From Candidatus Bathyarchaeota archaeon (GTDB lineage: Archaea; Thermoproteota; Bathyarchaeia; Bathyarchaeales; Bathycorpusculaceae): DNA of 64,000 bases. Below, piece after piece: positions 31,282-41,620 of this stretch. How positions within the stretch are numbered: the stretch's first letter is position 1; each line of letters opens with the position of its first letter. The stretch is from NCBI GenBank assembly GCA_963833575.1, contig CAWHXY010000004.1:544001-608000 (forward strand). The letters run 5' to 3'. The position numbers and the translations under genes are program-made. Under the pieces are notes generated by a model, which was not told the DNA's origin, did no database searches, and saw only the letters and a program-made list of their open reading frames with translations.

Positions 31282-32748
31282 ATGGCAGTAGAACAAGTAT
31301 CTATTGAACGTTTTTTAGCTTCAGCGACAGAAGCATCAAAAGTAATTTTGGAAACAGTCCAGAAAGATGGATTTATTCATTGTTTTTCGCATTTGGATGC
31401 AGATGGAATTGCTGCCGCAGGAGTGATAACTAAAGCACTCTTTCGTCTTGACGCAAAGTTTAGGATTAGAATCACTCAGCAGCTTGACGAAAAAATCATC
31501 AGCGAAATTGTCACTGATAAACCGCAACTGGTAATTTTGACGGATTTTGGAAGCGGTTATCTTGACCTTTTAAACGAAAAGATCCCGAATTCAAAAGTTC
31601 TAATTCTTGACCATCATCAAATAAACGGCACGGTAAGCAATGCAAATTTTGTTCAAGTAAACCCTCATATGTTTGGTATTGACGGAGCAAGCGATGTTAG
31701 CGGTTCAGGTGTTGCTTACTTTGTTGCTAAAGCTGTAAACAGGGCAAATGTTGATTTGGCTCCCGTGGCAATAGTTGGCGCTCTTGGGGACATGCAGGAT
31801 AAGTATGAACAAAGAAGCCTATGCGGTTTAAACGAAATAATTGTTAACGATGCAGTAGCTGCGGGTTTGATTAAAGTTGAAAAAGACCTAACATTTTTCG
31901 GTAGAGAAACCCGCCCAATCCATAGAACATTGGCGACTACAACTAACCCGTTTATTCCGGGCTTGAGCGGAGAAGAAGACAAAGCCTTAGCGTTCCTTGA
32001 TAGCTTAAATATACCAATAAAACAGGGTGAAAAATGGCGAGCACTCCGAGATTTAAACGAAGATGAAAAAAGGCGGTTGTGCTCTGCATTGGCTGATCAC
32101 TTGTTGTCTAAGGGGCTACATCTGGAAGTTGAGAACCTCATTGGATACATTTACGTTTTGACAAAAGAAGAACCAAACACGGCATTACGAGATGCTAGGG
32201 AATTCGCCGTCGTATTGAACTCAACAGGACGTATGGACAGACCAAGTCTTGGAATAGCCATCTGTATGGGTGACCGCAAATCTGCCCTTGAGGAAGCGAA
32301 TAAGATACTAGAAGAGTACCGCAAAAACATCAACAAGTACCTTGGCTGGGTCACAGAGAAGCCCGAACGAATGAGAGAACTCCAAAACATCTATGTCATA
32401 TACGGCGAAAACTTCATAAACGAAAAAATCGTCGGCACCGTCTCCTCGATAGTTGTCGCAGGACTTGCTAACAACGAAAAACCACTTTTAGCATTCGCAA
32501 ATGTCGAAAAAGAAAAAGCAGCCAAATTCTCGGCAAGAACAACTGCAGCAGCAATAAGCAAAGGCGTCAACCTTGGCGAAGTCATGAGGTTAGCTTCAGA
32601 AGCTAATGGCGGCAAAGGAGGAGGACACAACATCGCAGCAGGTGCACAAGTTCCATTAGACAAGATTGAGGACTTCGTCAAAGACGCAGATGAACTTGTC
32701 GGCAAACAATTGAGGAGAGAGAAAATTGGAAACGGCGATCACACTTGA
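31282..32748 (+). CDS. RecJ-like DHH phosphoesterase
   Basis: HLDADG, DFG, DHH, GALGD, GGGHNIAAG; conserved rps15 neighbour. Confidence 0.9.
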   Translation: MAVEQVSIERFLASATEASKVILETVQKDGFIHCFSHLDADGIAAAGVITKALFRLDAKFRIRITQQLDEKIISEIVTDKPQLVILTDFGSGYLDLLNEKIPNSKVLILDHHQINGTVSNANFVQVNPHMFGIDGASDVSGSGVAYFVAKAVNRANVDLAPVAIVGALGDMQDKYEQRSLCGLNEIIVNDAVAAGLIKVEKDLTFFGRETRPIHRTLATTTNPFIPGLSGEEDKALAFLDSLNIPIKQGEKWRALRDLNEDEKRRLCSALADHLLSKGLHLEVENLIGYIYVLTKEEPNTALRDAREFAVVLNSTGRMDRPSLGIAICMGDRKSALEEANKILEEYRKNINKYLGWVTEKPERMRELQNIYVIYGENFINEKIVGTVSSIVVAGLANNEKPLLAFANVEKEKAAKFSARTTAAAISKGVNLGEVMRLASEANGGKGGGHNIAAGAQVPLDKIEDFVKDADELVGKQLRREKIGNGDHT

Positions 32749-32974
32749 ATACCGCGATGAAAAAACAGCCGAGGCAATTTTCAACGCCATTTCGCCAGAC
32801 AACTTCAAAACTCCAGTTGGCCTAAAAGTAATAACCACAAGAGAAGACAGGAAAGTTACAACACAAATCCAATGCGAAGTAAAACTTGCAACTTTTACCG
32901 CCACGATAGATGACCTACTTTTCAGCGCCTCAACTGCAGAGAAAACGCTTCAAACATTAGGTAAACTTAAATGA
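32726..32974 (+). CDS. pcc1: KEOPS subunit Pcc1
   Basis: A.AI.PDN...T..ATIDDLL pattern and conserved synteny. Confidence 0.82.
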   Translation: METAITLEYRDEKTAEAIFNAISPDNFKTPVGLKVITTREDRKVTTQIQCEVKLATFTATIDDLLFSASTAEKTLQTLGKLK

Positions 32975-33272
32975 ACATTTCTGTTTAGTCGGCCATGAAC
33001 CGAAAGAGGTTTGGTTAACCTTTAGGTTGCCTCAATTATTTTATTTTGAGAAAGACACACTTAGTGACATCGAGTGGCTGCTTTTCAGTATAGGTCTACG
33101 CCATATCTATAAGTTAGGACCAACTGCAGTGTCTGACACATCAAGAGGCAACAGAATACGTACAGAAAGAAGAAGCCAGCAATTATTTCTGTTTTCAAGC
33201 TTAAGCTCTAAATACACCGCTGTTAACTGTAAAGTAAATAAACAAGGGAAGATAACATAAAAGAAACTTGAC

Positions 33273-35096
33273 TTGGTGAATTCAGTGAAACGAGTGCACG
33301 CAATCTTCATGATAACGGTTTTCTTTTTACTAGTTTTTCTGCCGATTGTTTTTTCTTCAGCAACCGTTTCTGCCCAAAGCACCGGTTACACAATTGACAA
33401 AGTTGATCATTCGATTGAAATGATGTATTCTGGGCAAGTTGTTGTTCGAGATACAATTTATGTTTCTGGTCAAGTAACGAACGGTTTCATGATTGGATTG
33501 CCAGCAAAATATAGCGCTGACGTCCTCAAAACTGTCGCCTATGACACAAACAATGTTTACCAAGTCAATTCAGGTGTCCAATTAGGTGATCGAAGCGGAT
33601 TTTACGGGGTAGAAGTGAACTTTAACGGAAATTCCCCTAGTGTTTTTACGGTCGCATTTGTTCTATCTAACGATGTTGTTAGTTACGATTCAAACGCCGG
33701 TGCTTGTACGCTTGATTTTCCAGCTTACCCAAGCCTAGTCCAATCTGTTGCCAGCTGCAACGTAACTATTACTCTTCCAAGCGTTCCTACAACCATAGTT
33801 GTAACAAAAAACGACGGAGAAGTAGATTCAAACAATTATATTACACAAAACGTGGCAGCTTATACTTATTCTGTAGGTTCAGCAGTCGCAAAGATATCTG
33901 CGGGTACACTCCAATTAACTAACATAGATAATTTAAACCGTCAAATAACTCTCGACCCCACAGGAAAAGTCTCCGCGTCAGACAGTTATCACCTAACAAA
34001 TAACGCGACGACAACAATGACTTCCTTTATTTTGAATTTACCAATTACGGCTTCAAATATAGTTGTTAAAGATGAATTTGGAAAAATCTTAACCACAAGC
34101 ACAAGCACCTCTGCCACACGTGAACTTTTGTTGGCTAATGCTACTTTAAATACATTTATAGCAACTGGTCAATCTGCAAGTATTACAGCTAGCTATAACT
34201 TGCCAAGCGCAACCATTCAAGGATCACAATACATCCTAAATAACTTCAAGCTTTTCCCAGATTTCTATTATTATGTTGAACACGCAAGTTTAACATTTAA
34301 TCCACCTGAAGGAGCAACCATTGTAACTCCTAAACTGTCATCTCTTGACCCCTCATCAACAGTTACAAGGAGCACATTCCAAGACAGTCTTACAATAACA
34401 AAGGATTCCGTTAGCTACGTAGACTACTGTCTCCCAGGAAGCAACTCGGTGCAATTTTCATATGATTATAATCCAATTTGGGTTTCTTTCAGACCTACTT
34501 TTTGGGGTTCCCTGCTAGGAGTTATTCTATGTGTAGGCGTTGTATTCTATAGAAAAAGCAAACCAGGCGAAAAAGAACAATTAACAACTAGAACAGAAAG
34601 ATTAACCCAAAAAACGACTACAGGTACTGCTTCTCAGCAAATGGAGGAAGCTCCGCCAATAACTGGGCAACGCGTTACTTCTGAAAACCTTCGAGAGTTT
34701 TCTGAAGCTTATGAAGAGAAGAAACAATTAAACGCAGAATTGAAGTCCATGGATGCCAGAGCACAAAAAGGAAAGATTCCAAGGCGCCAATATAAAGTTC
34801 AACGAAAAGCTGTAGAGATCCGATTGGAAACATTGACAAGGAACATAAACAAACTTAAAGACGCTTTGAGAAGCTCAAGCAGTGCTTATGCAGATTTAGT
34901 TAAGCAACTTGACTCCGCCGAAGAAGATTTGTCCGATGCAGAGGAAAACATCAAAAAACTTGAATTAGGCCAAAGCAAGGGCGAAATTTCCTTGGAAACC
35001 TACAAGAAAAACATCGGAGAATACCAGAAACGCAAAGATAAAGCTGAATCGACTTTGAATGGAATTCTGCTAAGATTACGTGAAAAATCACGTTAA
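33273..35096 (+). CDS. Membrane-anchored protein with ribophorin-I-like architecture
   Basis: Signal peptide, two Ser/Thr-rich beta domains, single TM (~aa 410-425), C-terminal coiled coil. Confidence 0.55.
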   Translation: MVNSVKRVHAIFMITVFFLLVFLPIVFSSATVSAQSTGYTIDKVDHSIEMMYSGQVVVRDTIYVSGQVTNGFMIGLPAKYSADVLKTVAYDTNNVYQVNSGVQLGDRSGFYGVEVNFNGNSPSVFTVAFVLSNDVVSYDSNAGACTLDFPAYPSLVQSVASCNVTITLPSVPTTIVVTKNDGEVDSNNYITQNVAAYTYSVGSAVAKISAGTLQLTNIDNLNRQITLDPTGKVSASDSYHLTNNATTTMTSFILNLPITASNIVVKDEFGKILTTSTSTSATRELLLANATLNTFIATGQSASITASYNLPSATIQGSQYILNNFKLFPDFYYYVEHASLTFNPPEGATIVTPKLSSLDPSSTVTRSTFQDSLTITKDSVSYVDYCLPGSNSVQFSYDYNPIWVSFRPTFWGSLLGVILCVGVVFYRKSKPGEKEQLTTRTERLTQKTTTGTASQQMEEAPPITGQRVTSENLREFSEAYEEKKQLNAELKSMDARAQKGKIPRRQYKVQRKAVEIRLETLTRNINKLKDALRSSSSAYADLVKQLDSAEEDLSDAEENIKKLELGQSKGEISLETYKKNIGEYQKRKDKAESTLNGILLRLREKSR

Positions 35097-35157
35097 AAAA
35101 CCTAAACCCTTTTATTTTACTCAATAGCTTTTCAATAAAAATCAGAGGTAAACAAAA

Positions 35158-35337
35158 ATGGTAAAAATAGTTGTTGACCCCAAATGCACCGGATGCGAAA
35201 CTTGCGTAAACACTTGCCCTGTAGGCGTCTACGAAATCAAAGACGGCAAATCTCAACCGACCAAAGTCAGCGAATGTTTGGTCTGCAGAGCTTGTGAAGC
35301 ACAATGTCCTGAGGGTGCAATTCAGGTAATCGAATAA
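35158..35337 (+). CDS. 2[4Fe-4S] ferredoxin
   Basis: Manual translation MVKIVVDPKCTGCETCVNTCP...ECLVCRACEAQCPEGAI; SD GAGGT. Confidence 0.93.
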   Translation: MVKIVVDPKCTGCETCVNTCPVGVYEIKDGKSQPTKVSECLVCRACEAQCPEGAIQVIE

Positions 35338-35827
35338 AATAAAATTAATTCGGATCGTGTATCTCTCTCAACTGTTGTTTGAGAGATTAATCCCTTCTTT
35401 ATTAAAAAACTAAACAAAAACTGTTAATGTTTTGGTTTTATCTAAAAAAGATTCTAATCTTCTATATTTCTTAGGAAATGCATAACTTTTGCGATTTGCT
35501 GTAATGTGGAACGGTCAGTTTTTTGTTCTTCATCAATATTTTTGATTGGAATTGATTTGGGCATATGCAGAGTATTGGTTACATTTGTTATAACAATTAT
35601 GTTGACAGTTACTTCGAACTTCGAAGTAGATCAAAAACTGATACTGAACATTTTGACATTTTCATGTATTTTTTAGGCTTTGTCCGATCGCAATAAAACG
35701 GCATTATTTTCTTTTATCCACCTATTTTTTTTAAGGGTTCGCGGGATAATCAAACAAAGACATTTTGGGCCATTTTTCAGAGCCATTGTAAAGTAAAGAA
35801 TATATCCTGTCGATTAAATTCTAATTT

Positions 35828-36103
35828 ATGGCAGATAAAATTCGTTGTGCACACATACTAGTCAAAACAGAAACGGAAGCAAAAAACATCAAAGTGCGAC
35901 TTGATAAAGGTGAAAAATTCGGTGCCATCGCCAAAAACGTTTCGCTATGCCCATCCGCTAAAAATAGTGGAGACCTGGGTGCGTTTACAAGAGGTAAGAT
36001 GGTTAAAGAGTTCGAGAAAGCTGCTTTCGCACTCGAGAAGGGTCAGATTTCTGAACCTGTTAAGACAAAGTTTGGGTACCACATAATCAAACGATTAGAA
36101 TAA
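35828..36103 (+). CDS. Parvulin-type peptidyl-prolyl isomerase
   Basis: AHILV, SLCPS, GDLG.F, MVKEFE, TKFGYHII. Confidence 0.93.
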   Translation: MADKIRCAHILVKTETEAKNIKVRLDKGEKFGAIAKNVSLCPSAKNSGDLGAFTRGKMVKEFEKAAFALEKGQISEPVKTKFGYHIIKRLE

Positions 36104-36201
36104 ATCAAGTAAATCAGTTCAAAGGCAAATGCTCTAGGAGCAACTGCCCTTTAGCATAGATTTGTTTATAAAGCAACTTTAAAGATAAAGTGCCAACAAA
36201 A

Positions 36202-36590
36202 ATGAATAAACCAGAAGTATCATTAAACAAAAAAGTGCTATGGTTTATTTGCGGAACTTTTCTTATGGCATTTTTACTCGTTACGTTTTTCATGGGAAAC
36301 GTTCGCTCGTTCGATATTCAAATCAACCTTTGGATTCCATCGATTCAATCAACCCACTCACAATTATAAACGAGGGAATTGCAGCGGCGTTTGATACGAT
36401 AAGTCTAGTGCTATTTTCTTTAGTTATTGCTGGTTATCTTTTTTTAAGAATTATGGAGCTGAAAGTTTATTGCTTCTTGGCGCTATGGGTGGAATTGCGT
36501 TGTTGGTGTCGGTTGTAAAAGAGATAGTTAAATCGCCCAGACCTTTGAACGGTTTGGTTGCTGCTGCTGGTTTTCTTATCCAAACGGTAT
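36202..36590 (+). pseudogene. Frameshifted, truncated PAP2-family phosphatase
   Basis: Joining frames gives TM segments then VKEIVKSPRP...GFSYP.G (PAP2 KxxxxxxRP and PSGH remnants); at least 3 frameshifts. Confidence 0.65.
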
Positions 36591-36686
36591 GCGGCTGGTG
36601 CAATGGCGATAAGTAGTCTCACAGTGGTCAGCAATTCGGCACTGCTAAAGTTGGCGAAGTTTAAATCAAAGAAAGTTAACGAATAA
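36591..36686 (+). pseudogene. C-terminal remnant of Cu-translocating P1B ATPase (copA)
   Basis: AAGAMAISSLTVVSNSALLK...* is the last-TM MxxSS motif; immediately upstream of a YHS gene. Confidence 0.7.
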
Positions 36687-36713
36687 GATGACAGTTGTGG
36701 AGGTGAATGTTTT

Positions 36714-36902
36714 ATGGCTAAAGATCCAGTTTGCGGCATGATGGTTGACGAGAAAAAAGCAAAATTCAAATCGGATTACAACGCCAAAACCTATTATTTC
36801 TGCGCAGCTGCATGCAAAACAACATTCGACAAAAATCCCACCAAATTTAGTGGCGCTTCAGGAAGCCCCGGCGCTCATAGCTGCGGTTGCGGAGGACACT
36901 AA
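36714..36902 (+). CDS. YHS/TRASH metal-binding protein
   Basis: DPVCGM, YYFCAAAC..F..NP; SD GGAGGTG. Confidence 0.9.
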   Translation: MAKDPVCGMMVDEKKAKFKSDYNAKTYYFCAAACKTTFDKNPTKFSGASGSPGAHSCGCGGH

Positions 36903-36972
36903 ATCCTCCACTAAAGCCGATAAACACCGTTTTCTTTTTTGGTTTTTCGACTCACAATTTAACCACTACTTT

Positions 36973-37617
36973 CTAAAAAGCACCTAACAACACATGTTCA
37001 GCAAACAAGTCTTCATTGAAAGCTCCGACAAACTCTACTTTCTCATTAATCACTATTTTCGGTACTCCAATGACATTGTACTTCACGGCTAAGTCTGGAA
37101 ACTCGCCTGTTTCAATTACGTCCGCTTTCACCAAATCGCTTTCTATGGCTAATTTGTGGGCGACCGCCGCAGCTGCAGGACAATGTGGGCAGGTCAAGGT
37201 GACAAAGACTTTGATTTGCACTGGAGATTTAACTTCTTTTAATATCGCCTTGGTTTTGTCTGAGAGGTCGGTTTGTCCTTTTGAAACGTTAATGATTGCT
37301 TCAATTAACGTTTGAAGTTCATACCCATAAGGTATACCGTAAATTCTTACGCCATAATCTTTTTTGCCAATTATAGCTAGAGCGGGAATCTTGTCGATAC
37401 CATATTCTTTTGCTTTATCCCCTTCAGCGACAAAATCATGGATTTCTACACTTATCTTGTCATTTAGGGGCGCTAAGTCTTGGACTAGTTGTCGTGTGTC
37501 CGAGCAATATCTACATTCAATTTCTTGAGTAAACATAACAATTTTAACAGGGTCGACTAATTTTTCATTAAAATCTTTCTTAAGCAACTCTTTTTTGTCA
37601 TCAGGAATTAAACCCAT
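36973..37617 (-). CDS. Protein disulfide oxidoreductase (PDO, glutaredoxin-like)
   Basis: CRYC and CPHC sites, GIP.GYE, VIGVP. Confidence 0.9.
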   Translation of the reverse strand: MGLIPDDKKELLKKDFNEKLVDPVKIVMFTQEIECRYCSDTRQLVQDLAPLNDKISVEIHDFVAEGDKAKEYGIDKIPALAIIGKKDYGVRIYGIPYGYELQTLIEAIINVSKGQTDLSDKTKAILKEVKSPVQIKVFVTLTCPHCPAAAAVAHKLAIESDLVKADVIETGEFPDLAVKYNVIGVPKIVINEKVEFVGAFNEDLFAEHVLLGAF

Positions 37618-37908
37618 AAAATCAAACATCCTTACCATTCTAATTTTGATAAATCCACTAAATAAACAGATAATTGAAACATATATTGATTTTTCATTTT
37701 CCGAAAATGCCAGTTTGTTTGGGCGCTCTTTGCAGTAAATGTGCCAAAACGAATAGTAGATTCTTTCACTGTCCAACAATTTTCAAAGTAGAATTTCATT
37801 GTTGAAAAAAGGTCTTGTCTCGTCTCAAAATTCCGCAAAACACAATCAATATAAACACTTGCAAACATTGAAAATTTGATTTTTGCAATGTAATATTGGA
37901 GCGAAAAC

Positions 37909-38328
37909 TTGACGACAAAAATTTATGCAAATGCCAAGTTAATTGAAGGTTTGCAAATTCTCCTTGATGATAATGAGTCTCATAGCTATGTGGTTGACCT
38001 TGCACCTGACCTTGGAACAGGGCTTGGATCGTCATCCCTTGAACTTTGTGTAATGACCCACGCAGGTTGTTATGCTACAATCTTCCTTTTAACAGCCAAA
38101 AAAATGCGCTTAGTAATCAAGGGTTTGAAAGTCAAATTAGAAGCAGTAAAATCAGATGAAACAGGTACCATAAGCGAAGAAACCTTTGACATCAGCATTA
38201 AGACAAACGCACCGCAAGATAGAATTGATCGCGCTCATAAGTTAACGCTTGAAACTTGCCCTGTCGGAATACTTTTTGAGAAGGCAGGTGTAAAAACAAC
38301 TTATAAAGTAACAACAAGTAAGGAGTGA
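37909..38328 (+). CDS. OsmC-family protein
   Basis: G.G.SSLEL...AGC and CPV. Confidence 0.8.
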   Translation: MTTKIYANAKLIEGLQILLDDNESHSYVVDLAPDLGTGLGSSSLELCVMTHAGCYATIFLLTAKKMRLVIKGLKVKLEAVKSDETGTISEETFDISIKTNAPQDRIDRAHKLTLETCPVGILFEKAGVKTTYKVTTSKE

Positions 38329-38335
38329 AAAAATT

Positions 38336-39523
38336 ATGGTTAATGTTGTTTTGAAAGAAGGCGTAAATTGGGTTGGAGCAGTCGATTGGAACATACGTGA
38401 TTTTCACGGCTACAACACTAACAGAGGAAGCACATACAATGCTTATTTGATTAGAGACGAAAAAACTGCACTTATTGACACTGTCAAAAGTCAGTTTTGC
38501 GATGATTTAATAGCACACGTAGAGGAACTAACCACCTTTGACAAGATTGATTACATAATCGTTAACCATGTGGAAATGGACCATTCAAGCAGTTTACCAG
38601 CGATTGCAAAGCTCGCAAAAAACGCCAAGATACTTGCTTCGACCAGAGGAAAAGATGAGTTGATCAAACATTACGGCCACAACTTTGATATGGTTGAAAC
38701 GGTGAAAACTGGAGATGAGCTAAAGCTTGGAAAAAAGACGCTGCGGTTTTTGGAGGCGCCAATGCTTCATTGGCCCGACAGCATGTTCACATACGATGTT
38801 GAGGATAAAATTTTGTTGCCTAACGACGCTTTTGGTCAGCATCTTTCCAGTTCTGGACATTTTGACGATGAGGTTGACGAGCATGTCCTGATGGAAGAAG
38901 CGGCCATGTACTATGCAAACATCCTCATGCCGTTTGCACCCTTGATAACGCGCAAAATTCAGGAGATAGTTGGCATGAAACTTGAAATTGACATGATTGC
39001 ACCAAGCCACGGCATAATCTGGCGAAAGGACCCAATGAAAATCGTAAACGCCTACCTTAAATGGAGTGCAATGGAAAGCAAAAACAAAATTGTAATAGTT
39101 TTTGATACAATGTGGCATAGCACAGATACAATGGCAAGAGCCATAGCGGATGGCGTAATCAGCCAAGGCGTCGAAGTTAAGCTCTACAAACTTCGCGCTT
39201 ACAGCATTTCAGAAGCCATGACCGAAATCCTTGATTCAAAAGCAGTTCTTGTTGGTTCACCTACACTTAACAATGGAATGTTCCCAACACTGGGTCAATT
39301 CCTAACGTACGCTACAGGTTTGAAACCGAAAGGCAAACTCTGGAGCTTCTTTGGCTCTTACGGCTGGGGAGGTGGCGCAGTAAAAGGCATGGTTGAAATG
39401 GCAAAAAAAGCTGGGTTTGATGTTTTCGAGCCAGGCGTTGAAGTCAAATTCGTTCCAGACAAAGAGGATTTGAAAAAATGTTTTGATTTTGGGCAGCAAA
39501 TAGCCCAAAAAATCAAAGCCTAA
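38336..39523 (+). CDS. fprA: Flavodiiron protein FprA
   Basis: GSTYNAYL, HVEMDHS, HWPDSM, DAFGQH, APSHG, FGSYGWGG. Confidence 0.95.
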   Translation: MVNVVLKEGVNWVGAVDWNIRDFHGYNTNRGSTYNAYLIRDEKTALIDTVKSQFCDDLIAHVEELTTFDKIDYIIVNHVEMDHSSSLPAIAKLAKNAKILASTRGKDELIKHYGHNFDMVETVKTGDELKLGKKTLRFLEAPMLHWPDSMFTYDVEDKILLPNDAFGQHLSSSGHFDDEVDEHVLMEEAAMYYANILMPFAPLITRKIQEIVGMKLEIDMIAPSHGIIWRKDPMKIVNAYLKWSAMESKNKIVIVFDTMWHSTDTMARAIADGVISQGVEVKLYKLRAYSISEAMTEILDSKAVLVGSPTLNNGMFPTLGQFLTYATGLKPKGKLWSFFGSYGWGGGAVKGMVEMAKKAGFDVFEPGVEVKFVPDKEDLKKCFDFGQQIAQKIKA

Positions 39524-39531
39524 CTTCTTTT

Positions 39532-40035
39532 TTATTGTATTTTCATGAATTTTTCTTTTGGCGTTGCACAGATTGGGCAGATGTCAGGTGTTGAGCCTTC
39601 AAAGGTGTTTCCGCAGACTGGGCACACATAATACTCCGCCTTTGCTGGCAGAGTCTTGTTTTTCAATGAATCAAGCGCTTTCTGGTACAGTGCCGCGTGA
39701 ATTTGCTCAACTTTATTTGCGTAGTCAAAGCTGACTTGTGCGGGTTTGTTTCCGTCTTTTTTGGCATCACCAATAAAGTCTGGATACATTTTCTTGAACT
39801 CGTATGTTTCGCCAGATACCGCCGTTCCAAGGTTATCAGTGGTTGATTTTACCTGGCCCATCACCCGAAGGTGATTTAGGGCATGGACTGTTTCTGCTTG
39901 AGCAGCCGCTTTAAAAAGCATGGCAATTTGTGGGAAACCTTCTTCTTCTGCCTTCTTAGCGAAAGCCAAGTACATTCTGTTAGCTTGGGATTCGCCTGCG
40001 AACGCAGCTTTTAAGTTTTCATCAGTTTTAGTCAT
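39532..40035 (-). CDS. rbr: Rubrerythrin
   Basis: AFAGESQA, E..HA, E..H, CPVCG and CPIC. Confidence 0.95.
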   Translation of the reverse strand: MTKTDENLKAAFAGESQANRMYLAFAKKAEEEGFPQIAMLFKAAAQAETVHALNHLRVMGQVKSTTDNLGTAVSGETYEFKKMYPDFIGDAKKDGNKPAQVSFDYANKVEQIHAALYQKALDSLKNKTLPAKAEYYVCPVCGNTFEGSTPDICPICATPKEKFMKIQ

Positions 40036-40208
40036 TAAAAATCACTAGACAAGTGTAATTGAAAAGCAGGTAATAAGCTATACTAACGGGTACAAACAGA
40101 TGCAAAGTACGTTGAGGCTGAATTTGATATGGACCAACCTGAATTTTCTTTTAGGTAAAGTATATTAGTTGTTTTTTCCTTTGGTTTGTTTGATTTTTGG
40201 TGAATTTT

Positions 40209-40823
40209 ATGGAAAAAGTAAAATCGTTTACTCTACCTAAATTGCCGTATGACTATAATGCTCTTGCGCCATACATTTCGGAGCAGCAACTGAAACTTCA
40301 TCATGATAAGCACCATCAAGCTTATGTAAATGGTGCAAACGCGATTTTTGAAAAACTTGACAAAGCACGTAGCGAAAACACGGAAGTCGACATGAAAGCT
40401 ATGCTCAAAGAATTATCTTTCAATGTTGGTGGACACATACTGCACACTACATTCTGGGAAAACATGGCGCCCGCAGGCAAAGGCGGTGGTGGTCAACCAG
40501 GAGGAGCTGTGGCGGACATGATTAACATGGGATTTGGAAGTTTTGAACGGTTCAAAAAAGAATTCACATTGGCTGCAGCAAGCACTGAAGGTTCAGGATG
40601 GGCTGCCCTAGCTGTTCATCCATGCATTGGAAGACCTTTGATAATGCAAATCGAAAAGCACAACGTGAATGTTTACCCGTCATTTAATATTTTAATGGTT
40701 TTGGATGTTTGGGAACACGCCTACTACCTTGACTACAAGAATGAGCGGCCAAAATTCATTGAAGCTTTTTGGAACGTCGTTAACTGGGATAGAGTAAATA
40801 AAAACTTAAGCCTTGTAAAATAA
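40209..40823 (+). CDS. sod: Fe/Mn superoxide dismutase
   Basis: [25 protein letters not shown]. Confidence 0.97.
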   Translation: MEKVKSFTLPKLPYDYNALAPYISEQQLKLHHDKHHQAYVNGANAIFEKLDKARSENTEVDMKAMLKELSFNVGGHILHTTFWENMAPAGKGGGGQPGGAVADMINMGFGSFERFKKEFTLAAASTEGSGWAALAVHPCIGRPLIMQIEKHNVNVYPSFNILMVLDVWEHAYYLDYKNERPKFIEAFWNVVNWDRVNKNLSLVK

Positions 40824-40886
40824 ACACTATAAACAACCAATTTCTTTGGTTTAGTTTTTAGTGCCTCCAGCTCTTTTTTTACTGGT

Positions 40887-41546
40887 TTACTGACCTTTTT
40901 CTATTTTTTTAAGCAAGTCGCTTTGCCTTTTGGCGTACAGTGTCGATTTACCCTTTTGAAGATAGATAGATACCGCGGCTATGCTTTTTGTTGGGTCATT
41001 TCTCATCAAGATAGAATACAGATGTACCAGTTTAATTCCAATTGGATCTTTAGAGATTTGTCCATTGGTTAATTTTAATGCAAGTGGAATAGCATCATTT
41101 ATTGAACCTCCGGCAGCAACTATTCTAATTTCATCAAATTTTGCGAGCCGCAAGAGGCTAATCGTAAGAAGACGTTCCATAGTAGCTGCCCTACTTACGC
41201 TAATTGTTTGCTCCGCAACATCTTCCATTTCACTTTCTTCTTGTCCAGCTAATTTTGTGTAGTCCAATATTGGTTTTTGAGCCAGATGCGCTGAAATTGC
41301 ATATGCCCTGCCAAGAACCGGCACTTCAAGGCTTCCGATAAATATGTCATCAACATAGACTTTGGCGATTTCCGTTGCCATGTTCATGGCTGAACAAACT
41401 GAAAACATCGCGTCGTTTATTCCCACTATGTTGATTTCGCCCGTTTCCACTATGTTAGAAATAATTTTTTCAACAATATCAGTAATTGTTAATGAAACAT
41501 CCGAAGGTTGAATTACTATGACTTTGCATTTGGATTCTTGACTCAT
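40887..41546 (-). CDS. Tandem Alba-like domain protein
   Basis: Two repeats of the Alba pattern (EI.IV.G..I..A...A; I.I.S...S.I.I.L). Confidence 0.55.
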   Translation of the reverse strand: MSQESKCKVIVIQPSDVSLTITDIVEKIISNIVETGEINIVGINDAMFSVCSAMNMATEIAKVYVDDIFIGSLEVPVLGRAYAISAHLAQKPILDYTKLAGQEESEMEDVAEQTISVSRAATMERLLTISLLRLAKFDEIRIVAAGGSINDAIPLALKLTNGQISKDPIGIKLVHLYSILMRNDPTKSIAAVSIYLQKGKSTLYAKRQSDLLKKIEKGQ

Positions 41547-41620
41547 AGCAATGCCTTAGAAGTTATTGGAGCGTCTGCTAATATATCACTTGCCAAACTA
41601 AAACAAAAAAATCAAACCGC

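Noticed and set aside
35363-35387. Hairpin TCTCTCAA/TTGAGAGA after the ferredoxin
   Set aside because: Single short stem, probably a terminator or stability element; no further support
36240-36518. 92-aa ORF as a real gene
   Set aside because: It is one frame segment of the frameshifted PAP2 remnant
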